Shown: one piece after another, positions 34,911 to 43,121 of the stretch
Position numbering within the stretch: position 1 is the stretch's first letter
How the letters are laid out: each line of letters starts with the position of its first letter
From: Vulcanimicrobiota bacterium
GTDB taxonomy: Bacteria; Vulcanimicrobiota; Vulcanimicrobiia; Eremiobacterales; Eremiobacteraceae
NCBI GenBank assembly: GCA_963812135.1
Contig: CAWETU010000001.1
Span: 1,536,001-1,600,000, forward strand
Length of the DNA: 64,000 nucleotides
Direction: 5' to 3'
The notes under the pieces: model-generated
Database searches by the model: none
Told to the model about the DNA's origin: nothing
What the model saw: only the letters and a program-made list of their open reading frames with translations
Made by a program: the position numbers and the translations under genes

Positions 34911-37553
34911 TCATTTCAGCGCCGCGCGACGATCTTGACTCATCGCCAGCCCTTGCTTTAGCTCTGCGAGACGGGCGCGTTCCTTCTCTACCACCGCGGC
35001 GGGTGCTTTGTCCACGAAATTCGTCTGCAGCTTGCGCTCGATCGCGTCGGCTTCATCTCGCGTGCGCGCGATCTCCTTGTCGAGCGCGGACCGCTCCTTT
35101 TCGACGAACGCTTCGTCCACGGCGAGCAGCACTTCCATCGCGCCGAGCCGGCGCGATACGGCGTGCTTCGGACGGCCGTCTGGTCCGGTCGGCGCATGCA
35201 CGTTCTCGGCACGCGCAAGACGCGCGACCACGCCGCGCTCGCGCTGCAATAAGTCCACGAACGATTTGTCGGCGCCGACGATGGTGACGTCGCGCAGTTC
35301 GCGATAGGGCAGCTTCGGCAGCGCGCGCAGCGCGCGGACCGCCTCCACAAATTCGAGGACGCGCGCCATGTCGGTGCGCGACTGCTCGTCAAGCCAGCCA
35401 GAACTCGGCGAAGGCCACGCCGATTCGCCGATGAACCCGTCGCGGCCGAGGCGGCCCCACAGCTCTTCGGTCACGAACGGCATGATCGGGTGCAGCAGTT
35501 GCAGCGCGGTGGCGAGCGCGTGAGTGAGGATTGGGGCGCGCGTCGGCGCCTTGTCCTTGGCGATTTCGATGTAGACGTCGCACACTTGGTTCCACACGAA
35601 AGTGTAGAGCGTCTGGGCGGCCTCGGAGAAGTCGAACGCCTCGAGCGCCTGCGTCACGCGTCCGGCGGTTTGGGCGAGCGCATCCATGATCCAGCGGTCA
35701 GGCAGCGTCCAGCTCGTCTCATCCGGCACGCTCAAAACGGTAGCGGTCGAGTTCACCCGACCGTCATTCGCGAGGTCGATGGCGAAACGCGCGGCCTGCC
35801 ACAGCTTATTGCAGAACTTGCGCGCATCGTCGCATTTGGCGATCGAGAAGCGCACGTCTTGGCCGCCGTGCATCTGGCTCACGATGGCGAAGCGCGTCGC
35901 GTCCGCGCCGTAGTCGCGCACGAGATCCATCGGGTCGAGCGAGTTGCCGAGCGACTTGCTCATCTTGCGGCCTTGCTCGTCGAGGACGAGCGGCGCGATG
36001 AACACGCGCTTGAACGGGATGTCGCCGGCGAAGTGGATGCCGAACATCACCATGCGCGCGACCCAATTGAAGATGATCTCGCGTGCGGTGACGAGCACTT
36101 GGTTCGGATACCAAGCCTTTAGTTCTGGCGTGTCCTCGGGCCAGCCGAGGATCGAGAACGGCCACAGCCCGCTCGAGAACCAAGTGTCGAGCGTATCCGG
36201 ATCTTGCGTCAGGCTGCGGTCCCCGCATTCCCCGCAGGCCGTGGGTGTGTTTTCGGCGACGGTCACGTGGCCGTCCGCGCAGTACCAGACCGGCAGGCGG
36301 TGGCCCCACCAGATCTGCCGCGAGATGCACCAGTCGCGGATATGCTCGAGCCAATCTTCGTACGTGCGGCGAAAACGCGCGGGTGCGAACGCAAGCTTGC
36401 CGCTTTGCGAGGCGACGAGCGCCGGCTCGGCCAGCGGTTTGATCTTGACGAACCATTGCAGTGACAGGAGCGGTTCGATGACGGTGTCGCAGCGGTAGCA
36501 CGTGCCCGTGCTCACCATGTACGGTTCTTCTTTGACGAGCGCGCCGCGCGCGCGCAACGTCTCGACGGCGAGTGTGCGGGCGTCGAAGCGGTCAAGGCCG
36601 ACGAACTCCTGCTCCACCGCATCGGTCATCTTCGCGTCAGGGCCGATCACGGAGATCGAGGCGAGGCCGTGGCGCTCGCCGATCTCGGCGTCCGCTTGGT
36701 CGTGACCCGGCGTGATCTTGAGCGCGCCCGTGCCGAACGAGCGCTCGACCGCGCTGTCGGCGATGACCGGAATCGCGTGGGGCGAGAGCGGGCGCTTGAC
36801 GAGCTTGCCGATCAGGGAGTTGTAGCGGGGGTCCTCGGGATGCACCGCGATCGCGACATCGGCGAAGATCGTCTCGGGGCGAGTCGTGGCGATCACTACG
36901 CCGTCGCCGCCGTCTTCGGTGCGATAACGCACGTAGTACAGCGTGCCTGGCGTGTCTTCGTGTTCGACTTCGGTGTCGGCCAGGGTGCTGCCGCAGCGCG
37001 GACACCAATTCACCAACCGCGTGCCGCGATAGATCAGCCCTTCATTATAGAGCTGGACGAAGACCTTGACGACGGCTTTGGACAGACCTTCGTCCATCGT
37101 GTAGCGATCGCGCTGCCAATCGGGTCCGAAACCGAGCGCGCGGAACTGCTTGTAGATGATGTCGCCGTAGAGCTCGCGCCACTGCCGCGCGCGTTCGATG
37201 AACTTCTCACGGCCAAGGTCGAAGCGCGTCAGACCCTCTTTGGCGAGCTCTTTCTCGATGACGTTCTGCGTCGCGATGGCCGCATGGTCCTGACCAGGCA
37301 GCCATACCGCGTTGTCGCCCAGCATGCGGTGATAGCGCGTGAGGATGTCCTGCGGTGTGTAGGTCGAGCCGTGGCCCATGTGCGCGCGCCCGGTGACGTT
37401 GGGCGGCGGCATCGAGATGACGAACGGCGGCCGCGACGGATCGGGGTCCTCGTGGAACAGGCCGGCTTCTTCCCAGCGTTCGTACCACTGCGACTCGATC
37501 GTGCCTGGGTCGTACTTCTCGAGCATCGGTTTGTCGGGAATTGTCACGCGCAT
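34911..37553 (-). CDS. valS: Valine--tRNA ligase
   Basis: PPPNVTG..HMGH, DWCISRQIWWGH, KMSKS, C-terminal coiled coil. Confidence 0.97.
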   Translation of the reverse strand: MRVTIPDKPMLEKYDPGTIESQWYERWEEAGLFHEDPDPSRPPFVISMPPPNVTGRAHMGHGSTYTPQDILTRYHRMLGDNAVWLPGQDHAAIATQNVIEKELAKEGLTRFDLGREKFIERARQWRELYGDIIYKQFRALGFGPDWQRDRYTMDEGLSKAVVKVFVQLYNEGLIYRGTRLVNWCPRCGSTLADTEVEHEDTPGTLYYVRYRTEDGGDGVVIATTRPETIFADVAIAVHPEDPRYNSLIGKLVKRPLSPHAIPVIADSAVERSFGTGALKITPGHDQADAEIGERHGLASISVIGPDAKMTDAVEQEFVGLDRFDARTLAVETLRARGALVKEEPYMVSTGTCYRCDTVIEPLLSLQWFVKIKPLAEPALVASQSGKLAFAPARFRRTYEDWLEHIRDWCISRQIWWGHRLPVWYCADGHVTVAENTPTACGECGDRSLTQDPDTLDTWFSSGLWPFSILGWPEDTPELKAWYPNQVLVTAREIIFNWVARMVMFGIHFAGDIPFKRVFIAPLVLDEQGRKMSKSLGNSLDPMDLVRDYGADATRFAIVSQMHGGQDVRFSIAKCDDARKFCNKLWQAARFAIDLANDGRVNSTATVLSVPDETSWTLPDRWIMDALAQTAGRVTQALEAFDFSEAAQTLYTFVWNQVCDVYIEIAKDKAPTRAPILTHALATALQLLHPIMPFVTEELWGRLGRDGFIGESAWPSPSSGWLDEQSRTDMARVLEFVEAVRALRALPKLPYRELRDVTIVGADKSFVDLLQRERGVVARLARAENVHAPTGPDGRPKHAVSRRLGAMEVLLAVDEAFVEKERSALDKEIARTRDEADAIERKLQTNFVDKAPAAVVEKERARLAELKQGLAMSQDRRAALK

Positions 37554-37739
37554 TTTGTTCGTCTGGCGCGCCCGAGGCCCTGCGCCACAGTCCCGAGACG
37601 AATATCGCCTCGGCGGTATCTGCCAAGGCGATCGGTGGCGCTATGAGCTGATAGTTCGGTCGGAGCGCTAGGCGGGGAGGCTGGTCGGTGCTGCCATGCG
37701 CGCTTTCTTACAGTCCGCGCGCCGGAGGCCCTTCGCTAC

Positions 37740-39320
37740 CTACGGTGTTGCTGTAAGTGCATTCGCAGCGTTGAGCCGCCCTGCGCCCTGCTGGTCAGGC
37801 GAGCTCGCGCAGCCGCAAATGTTGTCCGCGGTGCTCTCGAGGATTGAAGCGACCTGGGCCGGCGCGATGCCTGGGTCTTTGCTGATCATCAGCGCGGCGA
37901 CGCCGGCCACATGTGGCGCCGCCATCGAGGTCCCGTTGATGAGCACCCCGTGGTTGCCGACGTTCGGCGGGCTGCTGTTGGCGCAGCAGGCCGTGGTGGA
38001 ATAGTTGTTGACGATCCACTGGAGGAAATCGCAAAGCGGGACCACCCCGCAGCTCAGCTGCGCAGCGCTCGGATCTCCACCCGGAGCGACCAGACCCCAC
38101 GTGGTGTTGCCGTTGTAATTCGAGTAGTTCGGCACGTACTCGGTCGGAGTGGCGGGGTTGGTGATGTCGTCGACTGCGCTGGCGCCGACGACGATGACGC
38201 CGTTGCAGTTCGCCGGATCTTTGAGCGTGTTGGCGCCGTCGTTGCCCGAGGCGACGACCACGACGATTTTGTTGTTGACCGCGTCGTTGATCGCCGCTTG
38301 CTCGCCAGGATCGCACGGGCCTACGCTCGTCGCTCCCAAGCTCAGGTTGATGACATTGGCATGGGCTCCGACTGCCCAGTCGATGGCGGCCGCGACATCT
38401 GCTGAGGTCGCGCCCGGGGGATTCGGGTTCGCGGCCGTCGGCTGCTTGAACACGCGCACCTCGAGCAGATTGACGTTGAAGCCGGCGCCGGCATAACGCG
38501 TTGAGTTGTTCGTCACAGACGCTGCGATACCGCTGACGTTGCTGCCGTGCCCGTCATCGTCTTGAGCTGACGTGCTGAAATCCTGCGTGCCGCTGCCGTT
38601 GTCGAACACCGCGCTATTGACGACCTTCGAGCAGATGTCGATGTTGTTCGCGTCGTAGCCACTGTCGATGATCGCGATACGTACGCCGGGATTGCCTTGC
38701 GTCATATCCCATGCCCCCGGCATTTGCGTGAGCCACATATCCCATTGGACTTGGCTCGCATGTGGCGGCGTCGTGTATGGACCGGTGTACGGCGGTGCCG
38801 GGCCAAATTCTTGATCATTGGGAACAAACTCGAGATATCGGGCGCCGAGCGGCTTCGCTTCGACGATGCCAGGCGTTCCAGCGACCGAAGCGGCGACCGC
38901 AGCCGGATCCCTGTCGGGCGGGATGGTGTATGTGACATAGCCAAAGCGATTTGCCGCGCCTGCCTGCTGTGCTTGCACTCGTTCAAGAGCGCGCACGGCC
39001 CGCGGAGCCGCTGCTGTGGTTGAAAACTTGACCGTTATCAAACCTGGAACGTAGGCGGGTCGCGCCCGACGGATGAGCGGTCGCACGTGAAGCGCTTCGA
39101 GCCCCATCGCTTCTACCGAGGTAGCGTTCGCATTGCAACCGATCAGCGGGGGCGTTGGAGTCACGCAACCATTGCAGGGGCAAAGTCCATTGCAACCACC
39201 TCGAGGACCTGGACCTGCGGCACATGCGGTTATGAAAAGCGCCAATGCTCCCGCAAAGCAAGCGCTCACGAGATTCTTGGATCTCGCGCCCCGAACGGCC
39301 ACGGTGGTCGTCGCTTTCAT
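37740..39320 (-). CDS. S8 subtilisin-like serine protease, lipoprotein
   Basis: IIDSG, GHGSNVSG, GTSMAAPHV triad; lipobox ITAC; ATG 39320. Confidence 0.9.
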   Translation of the reverse strand: MKATTTVAVRGARSKNLVSACFAGALALFITACAAGPGPRGGCNGLCPCNGCVTPTPPLIGCNANATSVEAMGLEALHVRPLIRRARPAYVPGLITVKFSTTAAAPRAVRALERVQAQQAGAANRFGYVTYTIPPDRDPAAVAASVAGTPGIVEAKPLGARYLEFVPNDQEFGPAPPYTGPYTTPPHASQVQWDMWLTQMPGAWDMTQGNPGVRIAIIDSGYDANNIDICSKVVNSAVFDNGSGTQDFSTSAQDDDGHGSNVSGIAASVTNNSTRYAGAGFNVNLLEVRVFKQPTAANPNPPGATSADVAAAIDWAVGAHANVINLSLGATSVGPCDPGEQAAINDAVNNKIVVVVASGNDGANTLKDPANCNGVIVVGASAVDDITNPATPTEYVPNYSNYNGNTTWGLVAPGGDPSAAQLSCGVVPLCDFLQWIVNNYSTTACCANSSPPNVGNHGVLINGTSMAAPHVAGVAALMISKDPGIAPAQVASILESTADNICGCASSPDQQGAGRLNAANALTATP

Positions 39321-39327
39321 AGCGCGT

Positions 39328-39849
39328 TCACCGGCACCTTTTCGCTCGAAGGCGGCGTTTTCGAGCGTCGGCGAGCTCGGGCGGCCAGACCACTTCAAAG
39401 CGTTCGAACACTAATTCGGTCTCGGGTCCAACCAAGAAACCCTCCCGCACGCCGCGCCTGCGGAAATATCGCGTGTGTGCGTTGATCCACCATGCAAGCG
39501 TGCGATCGCCGCCGCCGGCATCCCAGGCGAATTGTTCGTCCGCGTCGCGCATCGGCTTGACCTCCACCTGCACGCAGCGCACCACGCAGCGGGCCGTGCC
39601 GCTGCCATCCATCACGATGTGCAGATCGCCGCGTTTAGGAAGCGCCCGGCCTTGCGCAGTTAAGTCTCTCGGCAGACTCGCGTGTGCGCGCTTGGTTCCG
39701 GCGAGGACCTGCGTTGCGAGCTCGTCCGTCAGTTCGTCGCTGTCGCCAAAGCGCACGACCGACGGAACCCTCTTCTTCACGTCCGCACTCTCCGCGTATG
39801 CGCGCCAGAGCTGACGCGCCTGAGATCTGGTTTTTGCATCGTCGCGCAC
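39328..39849 (-). CDS. ASCH domain protein
   Basis: FGDSDELTDELATQVLAGTKRA, LVFERFEVVW. Confidence 0.85.
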   Translation of the reverse strand: MRDDAKTRSQARQLWRAYAESADVKKRVPSVVRFGDSDELTDELATQVLAGTKRAHASLPRDLTAQGRALPKRGDLHIVMDGSGTARCVVRCVQVEVKPMRDADEQFAWDAGGGDRTLAWWINAHTRYFRRRGVREGFLVGPETELVFERFEVVWPPELADARKRRLRAKRCR

Positions 39850-39933
39850 GGAGGCGGTGACTCAGCGCTCGCTCGACGGCCTAGCGAAGACGCGGTGACA
39901 AGTGGCGAAGCGATGTACGGTGTTCATGGCATT

Positions 39934-39978
39934 ATACTAGCCTGTGTCGCGCTTCCGGCGCGTCCGCAGAAATACGTA
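39934..39978 (-). promoter_or_regulatory. Direct-repeat operator plus -10 (ASCH promoter)
   Basis: Sense TACGTA-tttc-TGCGGA, 23 nt, TAGTAT. Confidence 0.6.
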
Positions 39979-40003
39979 GCCTTGGTTCCTCTCGTAATAG
40001 AAC

Positions 40004-40028
40004 GCCGCCGGCGGTGAAGCTCGGCGGC
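40004..40028. terminator. Hairpin downstream of TonB gene 1
   Basis: GCCGCCG...CGGCGGC stem, weak U tract. Confidence 0.4.
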
Positions 40029-40050
40029 GGCTTGTTAGATCAGATCGCAC

Positions 40051-40530
40051 TCACTGGCGTCCGTTGCCCCCTTGCGGCAGCTTGGCGGTCGGGGAGTCGA
40101 ACATGATATCCACATAGTATGACTGCTTGAACGAGCTGCAGTTGTGGACTTCCGGCGCGTACTTCGACCCGCGAGCAGCAGCAAGCGCCTGCTGATCAAG
40201 AGCGGCGTTGCCGGATGATTTGTTGAGGTGCACTTGGAGCGGGTTGCCGACTGAGTCCAGTTCGATCAGCACCTGCGTGTCCGCGTGACTCAACGCAGCC
40301 GACTCCATCTTAAGCCACTCGGTCGGAAAATGCGTGATCTGAGCCTTCGAGTCCGGGATTCCGCAGCTCCCGGAGTTTGCCGTATCAACGGCGTTGCTTG
40401 TCGTCGCCGGAACCAGTGCGCTATAGGTTACGTGCGTGTCTGCCGCCGCCGGCTCTTGGGCTGCGACCCCGATGAGTACCGCGAGAAGGATACCGATGAA
40501 GCTGGGCAGTTTGTGCGTCCGCGCGTACAT
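40051..40530 (-). CDS. Exported TonB C-terminal domain protein (paralog 1)
   Basis: Signal peptide; VLIELDSVGN..KSSGNAALDQQALAAA..KYAPE. Confidence 0.8.
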   Translation of the reverse strand: MYARTHKLPSFIGILLAVLIGVAAQEPAAADTHVTYSALVPATTSNAVDTANSGSCGIPDSKAQITHFPTEWLKMESAALSHADTQVLIELDSVGNPLQVHLNKSSGNAALDQQALAAARGSKYAPEVHNCSSFKQSYYVDIMFDSPTAKLPQGGNGRQ

Positions 40531-40550
40531 GTTGGTAACCTCCCGAGTGG

Positions 40551-40625
40551 ATGGTGCCGAAGCGACGATTCATCGGTCCGGAGAGGCCGCTAGGCTCGCG
40601 TGAGTTGCGCGTGGCATCGACCTCT
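40551..40625 (-). ncRNA. Candidate structured 5' leader RNA, copy 1
   Basis: Blocks AGAGGTCGATGCC and CGTCGCTTCGGCACCAT shared with 46324-46397, with pairing-preserving changes. Confidence 0.6.
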
Positions 40626-40631
40626 GCTCAT

Positions 40632-40687
40632 AACATAGCAGCCCCCCGGTGTGCGCGGTATCCGCAGCGCCTCCGCAGAACTACGTA
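40632..40687 (-). promoter_or_regulatory. Triple direct-repeat operator plus -10 (TonB1 promoter)
   Basis: Sense TACGTA-gttc-TGCGGA-ggcgc-TGCGGA, 23 nt, TATGTT preceded by TG. Confidence 0.6.
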
Positions 40688-40711
40688 CGCTGATTTGCAG
40701 AGACGGCAATC

Positions 40712-41798
40712 CTAAAGCTCGACGATCGTATCGTTCGCTTCATTCGTGAACCATGGGGTACCATCTGGCCCTATCGTCATTCCCCTGAGCACGCCGACTG
40801 GGAAAGACCACAGGTCGGTTACCGTGCCGGAGAGATCCATCTTCCCGACCTGGGCGTTCCACGGTGCCGCGAGCTGGTTGTGCAAGAACCACAGAGTCCC
40901 ATCGGGCGCCGAGTCGATCCGCATAAGCGTTTCGTTTGCCGGATTCATGGGTTCGGGGAATTCGGTGAAGACGCCGGTGGGGGGTGACTCGAGCGATTTT
41001 ATGGTTGAACCGCTCTGTGAACCAGATATTTCCATCTTTGCCAACCGTCATGCCGCCAATGGCGCTCGGAGCACCAGGAGGTCCGTTACACGAAGGGGTG
41101 GGCACCGTGTACTCTGTGATTGCGCCCGACATTGTAACTTTAGCGATATTGTTGACGCAGTTCGACGGCTCGCCGGCTTCAGCAAACCACATATTCCCGT
41201 CTGGACCCTTGACGATATGAACCACGCCGCTGTTCGCTGTCGGGATCGTGTAAGCGCCAACTAGCGTCCCGGTTGTCGATATCGCGCCGACGACGTTAGC
41301 GCCATAGTGCGTGAACCACATATTGCCGTCAGGGCCCGCCGCAATCCCGTAAAGGTTCTGCGGTGCGCCAGCCAGCGGTGGGGGAAGCGCAAACTCAGTG
41401 ATGACGCCTTCGGTCGTTATCCGGCCAATCGTGTTGAAATTGAACTCGGTGAACCATAGGTTGCCGTCAGGTCCTGGGGCGATTTGCGCTGGATACGCGC
41501 CAGCTGCAGGTACCAAGAACTCCGTTATCGTGCCGCTCGCCGTCACGCGAGCGATCTTGTTCGCATCGCTCTCCACGACCCAAATGTTGCCGTCCGGACC
41601 TGAGGTGATGCCGTCGATGTACGCGTTGTATCCAAAGGGCACCTCACCTGGAAGCGTATAGATCGCCAGCGGTGCGATCGTCGGGCACGGACATTCCAGC
41701 AGTGTGTGCAGCTGATGCTCATTGAGCACGCTCTTGGAACTGCACGCCGCCAAAAGCGACGCCGTGACAGCAACGCTGAGCAGCCAGTGAGTGCGCAT
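40712..41798 (-). CDS. Vgb-like beta-propeller lipoprotein 1, frameshifted in a G run near 40980
   Basis: Lipobox LAAC; repeated GPDGNxWF blades. Confidence 0.8.
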
Positions 41799-41827
41799 CA
41801 GTTCCTTTCATCAGTCGCACGAAATCT

Positions 41828-42905
41828 TCAAAGCCGTATGACGAGCGCATTGGCCTCATCCGTAAACCACGGGCTCCCGTCGGGCCCGACAGTGATAGCC
41901 CGCGGCTCGCCGCTCGGGAAGGCCCAAAGATTGGTCTCGGTTCCGGTCAAGTCGAACTTCGCGATCTGGCTGTTCCACGGAGGCGCGATCTCGGCTTGGC
42001 ACACCCACAGCGATCCGTCAGGAGTCGCGACCATACGCCGCAGCTTTTCCACCGCAGGGTTAGCAACTGCCGGATACTCTGTGATTGCACCTGACGTCGT
42101 GATGCGCCCGAGCTGCCCGACACTTATTTCGGGGAACCATAGCGCACCGTCGGCACCGACGACCAGGTTCTTCGGAGCCGCGCTGGCTGTCGGCAGCGGG
42201 AACTCGGTGATGACTCCAGATGTCGTGATCCTGCCAATTTTGTTACCTGTTTCTTCGCTGAACCACAGGTTGTTATCTGGACCGGTTATAATGAAGGTCG
42301 CTTGGCCAAGATAACCTATGATTGGGTTTGCAGTCGGGATATTGTACGTGGCTGAGTAGGCTGCCGGATGTTGACATCACACCGACAACATTTGCACCGC
42401 CGTGCAGGAACCATATGTTGCCGTCCGGGCCTGCGGTGATCCCCTGAAGGTTCGGCGGTGCGGCGGAGAGCGGCGCAGGCAGTGGAAAGTCGGTTATGAC
42501 ACCAGCGGTTGTGATGCGCCGAATGATTGGCATATTGTAGTCGGTGAACCAGAGGTTGTTATCGGGTCCGACCGCGATGATCGCAGGGCCGGCGCCAGCA
42601 TCCGGGATCGGGTATTCGGTAACCGCACCACCCACAGTCACCTTCGCGATCTTGCCGGCGTCGTATTCGGTTACCCAAAGGTTCCCATCCGGACCGGTGA
42701 CGATGCCGCCGATGTATTCGTTGCCGGTTGAATTGAAGGGCACCTCGCTCGGCAGCGTATACTCCGCAAGCGGTGCGAGTGTCGGGCACGGACATTGCAG
42801 CAGCGTGTGCAGCTGATGCTCGTTGAGCACGCTCTTGGAACTGCAGGCCGCCACAAGCGACGCCGCGACGAGAACTGCTGCTATCAGCGGCGGTTTATGC
42901 AGCAT
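41828..42905 (-). CDS. Vgb-like beta-propeller lipoprotein 2, frameshifted near 42353
   Basis: Lipobox VAAC; GPDGNLW/GPDNNLW blades continue in a second frame to stop at 41828. Confidence 0.8.
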
Positions 42906-43050
42906 TTGTCGCCCCCCCCTCGAACCTCCAGTTCAAAGCCATGAGCGCGCTGATCAACAAGCCGCCAAAGCGAAACACGGCTCTCCGCATAGGGTTAGTC
43001 CTTCCCGGATCTGCCTCACATGAGGCCAGACAACTAGAGCTTCTGGCACC

Positions 43051-43095
43051 ATCTTAACGCAAGCGCAATCACGGTGGAATACGCAGAAATACGCA
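43051..43095 (-). promoter_or_regulatory. Direct-repeat operator plus -10 (Vgb-like operon promoter)
   Basis: Sense TGCGTA-tttc-TGCGTA, 23 nt, TAAGAT. Confidence 0.6.
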
Positions 43096-43121
43096 GGCCT
43101 ATTGTCCCGCTCGGCCCGAAC

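Noticed and set aside
40551..40625. HDV-like ribozyme or glycine/SAM/lysine riboswitch assignment for the TonB leader
   Set aside because: Pseudoknot order is reminiscent of HDV, but the P1.1 GG, P3 and J4/2 consensus are missing; riboswitch-like words (CCGAAG, GGAGAG, AGAGG) are in the wrong order or strand
40712..42905. Streptogramin resistance (virginiamycin B lyase) call
   Set aside because: Only the propeller repeat is shared; these are lipoproteins and catalytic residues were not identified
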